A stretch of DNA of 64,000 bases from an uncultured Acidobacteriota bacterium (GCA_963720545.1 OY970399.1:3424001-3488000); one strand, 5' to 3'; shown: positions 19,521-28,947, numbered from the stretch's first letter. Program-made: numbers and translations. The notes: a model not told the origin generated them from the sequence alone.

Positions 19521-19910
19521 ATGAACGCCATCGCAAAGATCGAGGGGAACCACCTGAAGGCCGGCCTGCCGCAGATCGAGGCAGGCGACACCGTCAGGGT
19601 GCACGTCAAGGTCAAGGAAACGTCGGTGTCCGAGGAAAAGGGCAAGAAGGCCAAGGAGACCGAGCGCGAACGCGTGCAGGTGTTCGAGGGCATCGTCATC
19701 GGCATCCGCGGCGACGGCACCCGCGCCACCGTCACGGTGCGCAAGGTCTCGTTCGGCACCGGCGTCGAGCGCATCTTTCCGTTGCACTCGAAGAGCGTCG
19801 ACCGCATCGAGGTGGTGAAGCGCCACCGCGTGCGCCGCGCCAAGCTCTACTACCTGCGCGAGCGCAAGGGCCGCGCCAGCCGCATGAAGGAAAAGCGCAA
19901 CGAGGCGTAG
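19521..19910 (+). CDS. rplS: 50S ribosomal protein L19 (with loop insertion)
   Basis: [38 protein letters not shown]. Confidence 0.97.
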   Translation: MNAIAKIEGNHLKAGLPQIEAGDTVRVHVKVKETSVSEEKGKKAKETERERVQVFEGIVIGIRGDGTRATVTVRKVSFGTGVERIFPLHSKSVDRIEVVKRHRVRRAKLYYLRERKGRASRMKEKRNEA

Positions 19911-20555
19911 GTGCGACGGCGCCCTTCCGCCGGCGAACCGGAAGCCTTGTGCTGCGGCACGCGCTTCGAGGAGGAAGCGCGGGCCGAAGGCTACCTGGTG
20001 GTTGCCGGCGTCGACGAGGTCGGCCGCGGGGCGCTGTGCGGGCCCGTGGTCGCGGGCGCAGTGATTCTCGGCGACGGCTTCGACACCGAGGGGCTCGACG
20101 ATTCCAAGAAGCTGAGCCGCGCGCAGCGCGAGTCGCTGGCGGCGCGGGTGCGCGAGCGCGCGGCCGCCTGGGCGGTGGGCAGCGCTTCGGTCGCGGAAAT
20201 CGACCGCTACAACATCCTGCAGGCCACTTTCCTGGCCATGCGGCGCGCTCTGGAGCAGCTCGCGGCGCCTCCGGAACTGATCCTGATCGACGCGCTGACC
20301 ATTCCGCGCATCACCGCGCGGCAGCGGCCGATCGTGCGCGGCGACGCCCAGTCGGTGTCGATCGCCGCGGCCTCGATAGTGGCGAAGGTCACGCGCGACG
20401 CCATGATGACGGAAATCGACGGAGAATATCCCGGCTATGGCCTGGCCAGGAACATGGGCTATGGCAGCCGGGACCATCGGGAGGCCCTGCGCAGGATGGG
20501 TCCGTCCGACGTGCACCGGCGCACGTTCCACGGCACGCAGCGTTGGCTATTCTGA
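19911..20555 (+). CDS. rnhB: Ribonuclease HII
   Basis: AGVDEVGRG, DDSKKL, SIAAASIVAKVTRD, HRRTF. Confidence 0.96.
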   Translation: MRRRPSAGEPEALCCGTRFEEEARAEGYLVVAGVDEVGRGALCGPVVAGAVILGDGFDTEGLDDSKKLSRAQRESLAARVRERAAAWAVGSASVAEIDRYNILQATFLAMRRALEQLAAPPELILIDALTIPRITARQRPIVRGDAQSVSIAAASIVAKVTRDAMMTEIDGEYPGYGLARNMGYGSRDHREALRRMGPSDVHRRTFHGTQRWLF

Positions 20556-20583
20556 ATACGTTTCCTCGCGGAGCAAACCTGGA

Positions 20584-22935
20584 TTGGCAAACATCAACCC
20601 CGTCAAGCTGAGGCAGGACGCTGAGAAGGCCGAGCGCGCGGGCAAGTTCGAGCCGGCGATCGCCGCCTACACGCGCCTGGCCGAGGAAAACCGTTCCGAC
20701 TGGAGCATCACCAACAAGATTGGCGACCTGCACGCCCGCCTTGGCAACACCAAGGAAGCGGCCGTCTGCTGGAGCCGCGTGGCCGAGCACCTCGCCGCCG
20801 AGGGCTTTCACCTCAAGGCGATCGCGATCTGGAAGAAGATCAACAAGATCGATCCCGCGGCGCTCGAGCCGTACCAGCACCTCGCGGCCCTGTATGTGAA
20901 ACAGGGCTTGCTGGTGGACGCGCGCAACAACTACCTGCACGTCATCGAGGACCGCATCCAGAAGAAGCGGATGAAGGAGGCGGTCGAGGTCCTGCGCAAG
21001 CTGGTCGCGATCAACCCCGTGGACCTCGAGGTGCGCAACCGCCTGGTGAAGTTGCTGCGCAGCGAGGGCCGGCCCGAGGAAGCGGTGGACGAGGCGCTGG
21101 CGCTCGGCCAGGATCTGCGCAGCCGCGGCCGCGCCACCGAGGCGGCGGACGTGATCGAGCGCGCGCTCACCGACGAGCCGCAGAGCCCGCGCCTGCGCCT
21201 GCTGCTCGGCCAGATCCGGATGGACCTCGGCGAGAGCGCGGCCGCCGGCAAGATCTTCGACGCCGCCGCCGAGTCGTCCGCGGGCGACGCCGAGATCCTG
21301 AAGGGGCTCGCTGACGGCTACATGCGTCTCGAGCGCTTCGCCGAAGCGGAAGACGCGCTGCGCAAGCTGCAGCTGCTGCAGCCCGACGACCTCGACAACC
21401 ATGCGCAACTCGCCAGGGTGGTGGCAGCCGCGGGGCGCGCCGACGATGCCTGCGCCCTGGCGCTGCCAGTGGTCGAGCACCTCCTCGAGCAGCGCACCGG
21501 CGGCCTGGCTGCAGCCCTCCTCGAGAACCTGGCCGCACGCAGCAAGTCGCACATCGCAACGCTCGAGCGCCTGGTGGAGGTCTACCGCCAGACGCACCGC
21601 GCAGCCGAGCTGACCTCGGCGTGCGACCGGCTGGCGCACGCCTACGAGGCGGCCGGCGAAAAGGACAAGGCGATCGAAGTGCTGGACGCGCTGGTGGGCC
21701 GCGAGCCGGCGATCGAGGAGTTTCGCGAGCGCCTGACCGGCCTGCGGCGGGCGGCAGGCCACGGCAAGGCCTCTACGGGGCGCCTCACGCCCGCGACCGG
21801 CGCCATCACCCCGGAGGCGCGTCCCGCCATCCGTCAGAGCCGCGGCCTCAGCGACGCCGACAAGGAGTTCATCGAGGAGCACCTGGGCGAGGGCCGCGTG
21901 TTCCGCAAGTACGGCCTGCTCGAAAAGGCGATCGGCCAGCTGCAGGAGATCGTGACGCGTTTTCCCGACAACGTCGCGGCGCGCGTGGAGCTGCGCGACA
22001 TCTACTCGCAGCAGGGCGACCGCGACCGCGCCGCCGACCAGAGCCTGGCGCTCGCGGAGATCTCGCGCCTCAGCGGCGATTCCGCGGCGGCCGCGGCGCA
22101 CGAGGCCGAGGGCCGCGCCGTGGCGCTGCCAGGCGCCGTCGCCGTCGTCATCGACGACACGGCGCTCGGTGAGTCGCCGGTGCTGCAAGTCGAGCCGCCG
22201 GCAATCGCCGTCGACGCCGACCAGCCCTTCAGCTTCGGCGACACCGACTCCGCGCTTGCTTCGCTCCTGACCCCGGTGCCGCTGGCACTGCCCGGCAGCG
22301 TCGCCAACAGCCCGGTGAGCGCGCGTGAGCTCGACGACCTCGAGATCGAATACAGCGCCGCCCTGCTCGAGCCAGCCGTGGTTGCGACGCCGGCGCCGCC
22401 CGAAACCGAAACGCCGGCCGCCGCTGCGGCAGCGCCGCAGCTGACGGTCGAAGACGACATGAGCCAGGTCTTCGGCGGCCGCGCCGCGGCGCCGGAGATC
22501 GGCGACGCGGGGCTCGCCGACATGTTCCGTGAGTTCCGCAAGGGCGTCGACGAACAGCTGGGCAGCGAGGATCACGATACCCGCTACAACCTCGGCATCG
22601 CCTACAAGGAAATGGGGCTGCTCGACGAAGCCATCGGCGAGTTCACGCTCGCGGCCGAGGACCCGCAGCGCGCCCTCGAGTGCATGAGCATGATCGGCCT
22701 GTGCTTCATGGAAAAGGGCGCGCCCGCGGAAGCGGCGCGCTGGTTCGAGAACGGGCTGGCGCAGAAGGGCCGGACGCCCGAGGAGTATCGCGGCCTCGAA
22801 TACGACCTCGCGGTCGCGTACGAGGCGAGCGGCGAGAAGCAGAAGGCGTTCGAGCAGTTCTCGCGCCTCGCCGCCAAGGGCGCCTTCCGCGACGTCGCCG
22901 CGAGGCTGCGCAAGCTCAAGGCCGAAGTCTCGTAG
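20584..22935 (+). CDS. Large cytoplasmic TPR protein with acidic/Pro-Ala linker and C-terminal TPR module (SgmX/FimV-C-like)
   Basis: TTG at 20584; many TPR repeats; low-complexity linker; C-terminal DTRYNLGIAYKEMGLLDEAIGEF. Confidence 0.75.
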   Translation: MANINPVKLRQDAEKAERAGKFEPAIAAYTRLAEENRSDWSITNKIGDLHARLGNTKEAAVCWSRVAEHLAAEGFHLKAIAIWKKINKIDPAALEPYQHLAALYVKQGLLVDARNNYLHVIEDRIQKKRMKEAVEVLRKLVAINPVDLEVRNRLVKLLRSEGRPEEAVDEALALGQDLRSRGRATEAADVIERALTDEPQSPRLRLLLGQIRMDLGESAAAGKIFDAAAESSAGDAEILKGLADGYMRLERFAEAEDALRKLQLLQPDDLDNHAQLARVVAAAGRADDACALALPVVEHLLEQRTGGLAAALLENLAARSKSHIATLERLVEVYRQTHRAAELTSACDRLAHAYEAAGEKDKAIEVLDALVGREPAIEEFRERLTGLRRAAGHGKASTGRLTPATGAITPEARPAIRQSRGLSDADKEFIEEHLGEGRVFRKYGLLEKAIGQLQEIVTRFPDNVAARVELRDIYSQQGDRDRAADQSLALAEISRLSGDSAAAAAHEAEGRAVALPGAVAVVIDDTALGESPVLQVEPPAIAVDADQPFSFGDTDSALASLLTPVPLALPGSVANSPVSARELDDLEIEYSAALLEPAVVATPAPPETETPAAAAAAPQLTVEDDMSQVFGGRAAAPEIGDAGLADMFREFRKGVDEQLGSEDHDTRYNLGIAYKEMGLLDEAIGEFTLAAEDPQRALECMSMIGLCFMEKGAPAEAARWFENGLAQKGRTPEEYRGLEYDLAVAYEASGEKQKAFEQFSRLAAKGAFRDVAARLRKLKAEVS

Positions 22936-22941
22936 GCGCGT

Positions 22942-23172
22942 TTGGCGACGTTCATCTCCGTGCTCAGCTCGCTGCTCGTGGGCATCGTTCTGGTCATTGC
23001 TCCCTGGACCGACCTGTGGAGCACGAACGCGCTGGTCGCGTACGACTCGGCGCTGCGCAGCGTGCTGCTGTCGGCGTTCACGCGCGGTGCCGTCAGTGGG
23101 CTCGGCCTCGTCAACCTGGTGCTCGCCGCCAATGAGCTCCGCGGAAACCGGCAAGACCCCGGCCGCTCGTAA
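22942..23172 (+). CDS. Small 2-TM hypothetical membrane protein
   Basis: Hydrophobic helix + APWTDLWSTN, then RGAVSGLGLVNL; fills the gap in the operon. Confidence 0.65.
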   Translation: MATFISVLSSLLVGIVLVIAPWTDLWSTNALVAYDSALRSVLLSAFTRGAVSGLGLVNLVLAANELRGNRQDPGRS

Positions 23173-23719
23173 CCTCGCCGAGCTCGCGGAGCGGGCCAGG
23201 GAGCTGGCGCGGCGCCCCGACGACCTGCAGAGATGGCTGCTCGCGCTGCGCTGGGGCGAGCTGGCGCCGCTCAGCGTCAGCCCGGTGGTGCCGGTTGCGG
23301 TGCGCACGCGCGCCGATGGCCAGCTGCGCGACCGCCTGCCCGGCATGCGCCTCGGCGACCGCATCACGCTCGCGAAGCTCGCTTCGCGGCGGCTGCTGCC
23401 GGTGATCCTCCGGGAGAAGGACGCGCGCGTGCTGAGCGCCGCCATGTCGAACCCGCGCCTTGGCGCCGGCGAACTCGTGGCCGCGATCGGCTCGGAGCAG
23501 GCGCCGGAGAAACTGTTCGACGTGATCGATTGCTCGCGCTGGCGCGAGGACTACCGGGTGCGCGCGGCGCTCGTCCGCCAGCCGCGCACCCCGATCGCGA
23601 CCTCCCTCTCGCACATGACCGCGCTCAACGACTCCGATCTGCGCAGCCTCGCCGAGTCGCCGCCGCGGCCGCTGCTGGGGTTGGTGGCGAGGCGCATCCT
23701 GGTGACCCGAGGTCATTGA
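23132..23719 (+). CDS. Hypothetical helical-repeat protein, paralog of the C-terminal domain of 24671..25753
   Basis: LGDRITLA...SNPRL...WREDYRVRAALVRQPRTP aligns by eye with VAEKVILA...SPRL...WMKRYPVLVNVVKNPRTP. Confidence 0.65.
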   Translation: MSSAETGKTPAARNLAELAERARELARRPDDLQRWLLALRWGELAPLSVSPVVPVAVRTRADGQLRDRLPGMRLGDRITLAKLASRRLLPVILREKDARVLSAAMSNPRLGAGELVAAIGSEQAPEKLFDVIDCSRWREDYRVRAALVRQPRTPIATSLSHMTALNDSDLRSLAESPPRPLLGLVARRILVTRGH

Positions 23720-23730
23720 GCCACAAAGAG

Positions 23731-23760
23731 TTGACAGGTTCGGACACAGTTCGGTAATCT
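23731..23760 (+). promoter_or_regulatory. Sigma70-type promoter with a GTTC-N7-GTTC direct repeat in the spacer (candidate LexA box)
   Basis: TTGACA 23731-23736, 18 nt, TAATCT 23755-23760; GTTC 23738-23741 + GGACACA + GTTC 23749-23752. Confidence 0.6.
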
Positions 23761-23853
23761 TCCGCACGTTTTTATTGCATCAGCCGTTGCACAATCGCAC
23801 TCGCGCAATCATGGCCGTGCCGATTCAGGGACGATCGAGGAAGGACTAGAGCG

Positions 23854-24654
23854 TTGTCAGTCGAAGAAAGTCGCGATGCCCGGGCGTTTGGAGAGTGGCT
23901 GCGCCGGGAGCGCGAAGTCCGCGGCATCGAGCTGCGCGTGATCGCGGACGAGACCAAGATCTCGAAGCGCTTCCTCGACGCTCTCGAACAGGGGCGGCTG
24001 CACATCCTGCCGGGCGGCGTCTTCCCGCGTTCGTTCCTGCGCCAGTACAGCGAGTATCTCGGCCTCGACACCGCGCGGCTGCTCGAGCAATTCGGCGGCC
24101 TCTGCGCCGAGCCGGAAGCGCCGCTGGTGCGCGGCTTCTCGGCGGGGCGCTTCGTGCGCGAGCATCGCGCCAACCTCACCGTGGCGGTGATCGTGCTGCT
24201 GGTCGGCGCCATGACATTCCTGAAGGTGCGCGCGGAACGCGGCGCCGCCGATGCGTTCCCGGTGGTGAAGACCGCGCCGAGCGCGCGGCCCATCACGCGC
24301 ACCGCACCGCGCGAACGCGTCTACGCGGAGTCGCCCGCTTCGCCCGCCGCCACCAGCGGCCTGCGCCTGGCGCTCACCGCGCGCGCCACCAGCTGGGTCG
24401 CGGTGACGGTCGACGGCCAGAGCGTCGTCGATCGCATCTTCGCCGCCGGCGAGGCGCAGGCCTTCGAGGGGCGGGCCGAGATCCTGCTGTCGGTGGGCAA
24501 TGCCGGCGGGGTGTCGCTCACGCTCAACGAACAACCGGGAAAATCGCTCGGCCGGACCGGAGAAGTGCGGCGCAACATCCAGATCACGCAGCAAAGCGCC
24601 AGCGCCTTCGTCCAGGACCAGTCCGGGGCGCTGCGGCTCGCCCAGCGGGACTAG
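23854..24654 (+). CDS. rodZ: RodZ-like protein (HTH - TM - C-terminal DUF4115-like domain)
   Basis: FGEWLRREREVRGI..ETKIS..LPGGVFPRSFLRQY, one TM, C-terminal SWVAVTVDG..GNAGGV. Confidence 0.8.
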   Translation: MSVEESRDARAFGEWLRREREVRGIELRVIADETKISKRFLDALEQGRLHILPGGVFPRSFLRQYSEYLGLDTARLLEQFGGLCAEPEAPLVRGFSAGRFVREHRANLTVAVIVLLVGAMTFLKVRAERGAADAFPVVKTAPSARPITRTAPRERVYAESPASPAATSGLRLALTARATSWVAVTVDGQSVVDRIFAAGEAQAFEGRAEILLSVGNAGGVSLTLNEQPGKSLGRTGEVRRNIQITQQSASAFVQDQSGALRLAQRD

Positions 24655-24670
24655 GCCGCTCGTCTCGCGC

Positions 24671-25753
24671 ATGAGCGAGGCCGTCCGCGCCACCAACCCA
24701 CTCGTCGAACAGTTCCTGAAGGGGCAGGTGCCCCGCGACCTGCGCCTGCTCGCGGCACAGGGGGCCCTGCCGCTCAAGGTCGCCGACCTGCTCGAACTGC
24801 TCGAGCACCTGAGCCACGATCCCGACGCCGCGATCTCCGGCCCCGCCGGGGAAACGATGCGCAAGATCCCGCTGGCCGAAGCGCTGCCGGTGTTGCGCGA
24901 CCGCGACACGCAGCCGGCGATCCTCTCCTGGGCGCTGGCGCTGCGCGCCGAACCGGAACTGCTCGCCGGCCTGCTGCAGAACATGGCGACGCCGGACGAC
25001 GCCATCCGCGCGGTGGCGGGGGGCCTCTCCGAGGCGCTCGTCGAACTGGTGGTCATCAACCAGGTGCGGCTGCTGCGCGCGACCACGCTGCTAGAAGCCA
25101 CCGAGTCGAACCCGAACCTCAGCAACGACCAGAAGCGCCGCCTGCGCGAGCTGCGCGAGAGCTTCCGCATCGGCCAGACGCCGACCCAGCCGCCTGCGGC
25201 GCCCGTGCAGGCGCCCGCGCCACCGCTGCAGCTGCCGCCCGAGCCGGAGCCGCCCCCGATCCTCGACGCGGACGAGGCCGTCGCCCATTACCTCACCGAT
25301 GAAGAGCGCGGCGAGACCGACAAGATCAGCACCGTCCAGCGGATTTACCGCATGACCGTGGCGGAAAAGGTGATCCTGGCCTTGAAAGGAACGCGCGAGG
25401 AGCGGAACATCCTCATTCGTGACCCCAATCGACTGGTGGCTTCGGCCGTCCTCGGCAGCCCGCGCCTCACCGACGCCGAGATCGAGGCGTTCGCCGCGAT
25501 GAAGAACGTCTCGGAGGACGTGCTGCGCCGCGTCGGCAGCAACCGCGAGTGGATGAAGCGCTATCCGGTGCTCGTGAACGTGGTCAAGAACCCGCGCACC
25601 CCGGCCGGCATCGGCCTCGGCCTGGTGGCGCGCCTCAACCCGCGCGACATGAAGTCGCTGTCCACCGACCGCAACGTCGCCGACGTCATCCGCAAGGGCG
25701 CGATGCGCTTCATCAAGCAGACCGACACTTCCGGCGGCGCCAAGAAACACTGA
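24671..25753 (+). CDS. Conserved hypothetical helical-repeat protein
   Basis: Strong GC3 codon bias; AAQGALP, INQVRLLR, Pro-rich linker, KGTREERNILIRDPNRLV, KNPRTP. Confidence 0.75.
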   Translation: MSEAVRATNPLVEQFLKGQVPRDLRLLAAQGALPLKVADLLELLEHLSHDPDAAISGPAGETMRKIPLAEALPVLRDRDTQPAILSWALALRAEPELLAGLLQNMATPDDAIRAVAGGLSEALVELVVINQVRLLRATTLLEATESNPNLSNDQKRRLRELRESFRIGQTPTQPPAAPVQAPAPPLQLPPEPEPPPILDADEAVAHYLTDEERGETDKISTVQRIYRMTVAEKVILALKGTREERNILIRDPNRLVASAVLGSPRLTDAEIEAFAAMKNVSEDVLRRVGSNREWMKRYPVLVNVVKNPRTPAGIGLGLVARLNPRDMKSLSTDRNVADVIRKGAMRFIKQTDTSGGAKKH

Positions 25754-25754
25754 C

Positions 25755-26417
25755 TTGACCAACTACTACGCGATCCTCGGCGTCGAGCCGTCGGCCACAC
25801 ACGACGAGATCCGCTCGGCGTACGCGCGGATCGCGCGCGAGCAGCATCCCGACCGCTTCCCCGATCCCGAGGAAAAGGAGAAGGCCTCGATCGCCTTCAC
25901 CGAAGCGACCTCCGCCTTCAACACGCTCAGCAACGACCGCGCCCGCGCCCTCTACGACGAGGGCCTCGATCGCGCCGAGGAGGGCGGCGCGCCCGCCGAC
26001 CTCGCGCGCCTGGCCTACGGCGAGGGGCTCGTCAAGTTCGAGCACCGCGACTTCCACGAGGCGGTCGAGCACTTCCGCCTGGCGGTGGCGCAGGACCCGC
26101 AGCAATCGCGCTATCACGTCGCCCTGGCGCGCGCGCTCGCCAAGAACCCGCGCTGGATCCGCCGCTCGGTCGAGGCCTACGAAGTGGCGCTCAAGCTGCG
26201 CCCGGACGACACGCTCGCGACCGCCGAGCTCGCCGACCTGCTGGAGCGCCAGGGGCTGCACCTGCGCGCCGAGCGGCTGCGCGAGATCGTGCGCAAGCGC
26301 CTGCCGAGCAGCAACTCCCCCGGGACGCGGCGCCCCACGGGCGGCGCCAGCTCGGGCAGCACCGCGGCGCCCAAGGGGCTCGGCGGCCTGTTCGGAAGGT
26401 TCAAGGGGAAGAAGTGA
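25755..26417 (+). CDS. J-domain (DnaJ-like) + TPR protein
   Basis: NYYAILGV and intact HPD motif, followed by TPR-like helices. Confidence 0.85.
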   Translation: MTNYYAILGVEPSATHDEIRSAYARIAREQHPDRFPDPEEKEKASIAFTEATSAFNTLSNDRARALYDEGLDRAEEGGAPADLARLAYGEGLVKFEHRDFHEAVEHFRLAVAQDPQQSRYHVALARALAKNPRWIRRSVEAYEVALKLRPDDTLATAELADLLERQGLHLRAERLREIVRKRLPSSNSPGTRRPTGGASSGSTAAPKGLGGLFGRFKGKK

Positions 26418-26421
26418 CAAC

Positions 26422-27186
26422 ATGAGGATCAGCTACCAGGCCATCAGCGACGTTGGCCGGAAACGCAAGGGCAACGAGGACCATTTCCTGGTGAACCCGG
26501 ACCAGCGGCTGTTCGTGGTCGCCGACGGCATGGGCGGCCATGCCGCGGGCGAAGTGGCCTCGCGCATCGCGGTGGACGCGATCGACGAGTTCGTCGCCAA
26601 CACCCGCGACGGCGAGCCGCTGGCCCTGACGTCCGGCGTCGAGGCGCGGGTCGCTTCCGAGCCCGACCGCATCCGCAAGGCCATCGTCTATTCGAACGGC
26701 ATGGTGTTCGACGCCACCCGCGAGCGCAGCGAGTACGAAGGCATGGCGACGACGGTCGCGGCGGTGCTGGTGGAAGGCGCCACCGCGCACCTCGCGCACG
26801 TCGGCGACAGCCGCGTCTACCTGCTGCGCGGCGCGAGCATGAAGCAGATGACCCGCGACCATTCCTGGGTCAACGAGCAGGTCGAGAGCGGCATCCTCAC
26901 CAACGAGCAGGCGCGCATCCATCCGCTGCGCAACGTGGTGACGCGCGCGCTGGGCGGCCACGCCGACCTGGCGGTCGACGTCAGCTCGCTCGAGGTGCGC
27001 GCCGGCGACATCCTGCTGCTGTGCTCGGATGGGCTCACCACCATGGTCACCGACGACGAGATCGCCTCGATCCTCCAGGTCGAGGCCGGCGATCTCGCCG
27101 AGACCGCGCGCCGCCTGGTCGATGCCGCCAACGAGTCGGGCGGCGAAGACAACGTCACCGTGGTGCTGGTGCAGTTCCAGTCGTGA
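26422..27186 (+). CDS. PP2C-family Ser/Thr phosphatase (Stp1/PrpC-like)
   Basis: SDVGRKRKGNED, VADGMGGH, HVGDSR, LCSDGL, GGEDNVT. Confidence 0.95.
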   Translation: MRISYQAISDVGRKRKGNEDHFLVNPDQRLFVVADGMGGHAAGEVASRIAVDAIDEFVANTRDGEPLALTSGVEARVASEPDRIRKAIVYSNGMVFDATRERSEYEGMATTVAAVLVEGATAHLAHVGDSRVYLLRGASMKQMTRDHSWVNEQVESGILTNEQARIHPLRNVVTRALGGHADLAVDVSSLEVRAGDILLLCSDGLTTMVTDDEIASILQVEAGDLAETARRLVDAANESGGEDNVTVVLVQFQS

Positions 27187-27491
27187 GCGGCGCACCGGAA
27201 CCGCCAGGCCCGCGCCTCATCTGGACGAGGCCCGACGGCGCCGAGGCGACCTTCCCGATCGGCAGCGGCGGCGCCACCGTCGGCCGCGACCAGATGGCCG
27301 AGGTGTTCCTCGACGAGGTGCTGGTGTCGCGCGGCCATGCGCGCATCGAGCTGGCTGGTGCCGAGTGGGTGGTGAAAGACCTTGGCTCCACCAACGGCAC
27401 CCGTGTCAACGGCAAGCTCGTGAAGGAGCAGCGGCTCCGCGACGGCGACGAACTGCGCTTCGCGCGCGCGCGCTGCGTCTTCCGCAGCTAG
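27183..27491 (+). CDS. Stand-alone FHA domain protein
   Basis: VGR, VSRGHA, DLGSTNGTRVNG; GTG overlaps the PP2C stop. Confidence 0.88.
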   Translation: MSGAPEPPGPRLIWTRPDGAEATFPIGSGGATVGRDQMAEVFLDEVLVSRGHARIELAGAEWVVKDLGSTNGTRVNGKLVKEQRLRDGDELRFARARCVFRS

Positions 27492-27507
27492 CGCCGGCGA
27501 ACGGCGC
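27491..27507. terminator. Short GC hairpin between convergent genes
   Basis: GCGCCG-GCGAA-CGGCGC; no U-tract. Confidence 0.25.
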
Positions 27508-27510
27508 GCC

Positions 27511-28947
27511 TCAGGCGCCTGCGAACACCCGCCGGAAGAGGTCGGTGCGCAGCAGGCCCTCGGGATCGAGCGCGCGCTTCAGCTCGAGGAAGCGTGCGGT
27601 GCGCGGCTCGGCGGCGAGCGCGGTGCGCGCCGCGGGCGACAACAGGCTGTCCTTGGCGAAGTAGAAGCGGCCGCCGGCGGCGAGCACTTCGCGATCGAGC
27701 TCCGCGCAAAGCGCCAGGAGCCGCGCGGCGCGCTCCGGCTGCCACTTGAAGTCGAGCGCGAGCGAGTAGCCGTCGAGCCCGTGTGTCATCAGGAACGGGT
27801 CGGCGCGGTGCTGCTTGAAGACCGCGAGATAGGGCGGCAGCCCGTGGCGGCGGCAGGTCTCGAGCTGGCGGCGCAGCACCTGCGGCGCCGTCGCGGCGGG
27901 GATGAAGCTCTGGTACTGGATGAGGCCGCCGGGACCGTACGCTCGCTTCCACCCCGGCACGAAGTCGAGCAGGAACGAGAACGCCGCGAGCGACTGGCGG
28001 TACTTGCCCGAACCCGCGGCCCGCCCCTGCAGGTACTTGACGAGATTCACGAGCTGCCAGCCGGGATCGTTCGCGAACGGCGCCATCAGCCGCCAGACCT
28101 GGTCCATCGGCAGCACGCCGAAGAGCCGTGCCGGCAGCGCCTGGCTCTGCGGTTCGCTGGTTTGCTGCGGCTGCGGATCCTCGCCGTCCCGCAGGTAGCG
28201 CGCGGCGTGCACCAGCCCGCGGCCGCAGCCCTTGCCGGTGGCGAAGCCGTCCACCCAGCCGACGAGGTAGTCGGCGCTCGCCGCGCGCGCCGCGAACGCC
28301 GCGAACATCTCGTCGAGGTCGCGGGTGGGCACCGGCTCCACTTCCAGCAAGCCCGAGTGCACGCGCTTGAGGCGCAGCGTCACTTCGGTGATCACCGCCA
28401 GCACGCCGAAGCCGCCGATGACTGCATGGAACAGCGAGCTGTCCTCGCCGCGGCTGAGGCGCCGGCTTTCGCCGTTCGGCAGCGCCACGCGCAGCGCGTC
28501 GATCTGGTCGCCGATCGTGCCGACGCCGAAATTGTTCTTGCCGTGGATGTTCATCGCGGCGCAGCCGCCGATGGTCGGGAACATGGTGCCGGGGACGACA
28601 GCGGGCCAGTAGCCGAGCGGCAGGCAGTGCTTCCACAACTTCTCGATCGTGACTCCCGGTTCCACGCGCGCGATGCCGGTGTGCCGGTCGAAGTCGAGGA
28701 TGCGGTCGAGATGCGTGGTGTCGAGCGCGATGCCCTCGGCGTTCATCGCGGCATCGCCGTAGCTGCAGCCGGTGCCGCGCAGGCCGACGCTGACGCCGGC
28801 ATCGCGAGCGGCGGCGAATACCGCGCCGATCTCGTCGACCGACGCGGGCCGGTAGACGTAGCTCATGGCGCGGGCGGAACCGCCCCAGGACGACACCGGC
28901 TCGAGGCGGCGCGCCTCGAGAGCGGCGCGCGCAGTCACCGCCAACAC
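27511..28947 (-). CDS. FAD-binding oxidoreductase, DprE1-like (polyprenylphosphoryl-ribose 2'-oxidase family)
   Basis: RGTGCSYGDAA, VVPGTMFPTIGGCAAMNIHGKN, GLIQYQ, YFAKDS. Start is GTG 28947 or 28938. Confidence 0.8.
   Translation of the reverse strand: MLAVTARAALEARRLEPVSSWGGSARAMSYVYRPASVDEIGAVFAAARDAGVSVGLRGTGCSYGDAAMNAEGIALDTTHLDRILDFDRHTGIARVEPGVTIEKLWKHCLPLGYWPAVVPGTMFPTIGGCAAMNIHGKNNFGVGTIGDQIDALRVALPNGESRRLSRGEDSSLFHAVIGGFGVLAVITEVTLRLKRVHSGLLEVEPVPTRDLDEMFAAFAARAASADYLVGWVDGFATGKGCGRGLVHAARYLRDGEDPQPQQTSEPQSQALPARLFGVLPMDQVWRLMAPFANDPGWQLVNLVKYLQGRAAGSGKYRQSLAAFSFLLDFVPGWKRAYGPGGLIQYQSFIPAATAPQVLRRQLETCRRHGLPPYLAVFKQHRADPFLMTHGLDGYSLALDFKWQPERAARLLALCAELDREVLAAGGRFYFAKDSLLSPAARTALAAEPRTARFLELKRALDPEGLLRTDLFRRVFAGA

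Noticed and set aside
20389..23445. 1018-aa minus-strand ORF, and the many other overlapping Arg/Ala/Pro-rich ORFs in the track
   Set aside because: Shadow or off-frame ORFs with no recognisable motifs, overlapping motif-supported genes.
23761..23795. Sigma54 promoter (GCACG...TTGCA) upstream of rodZ
   Set aside because: No GG at the required GG-N10-GC spacing.
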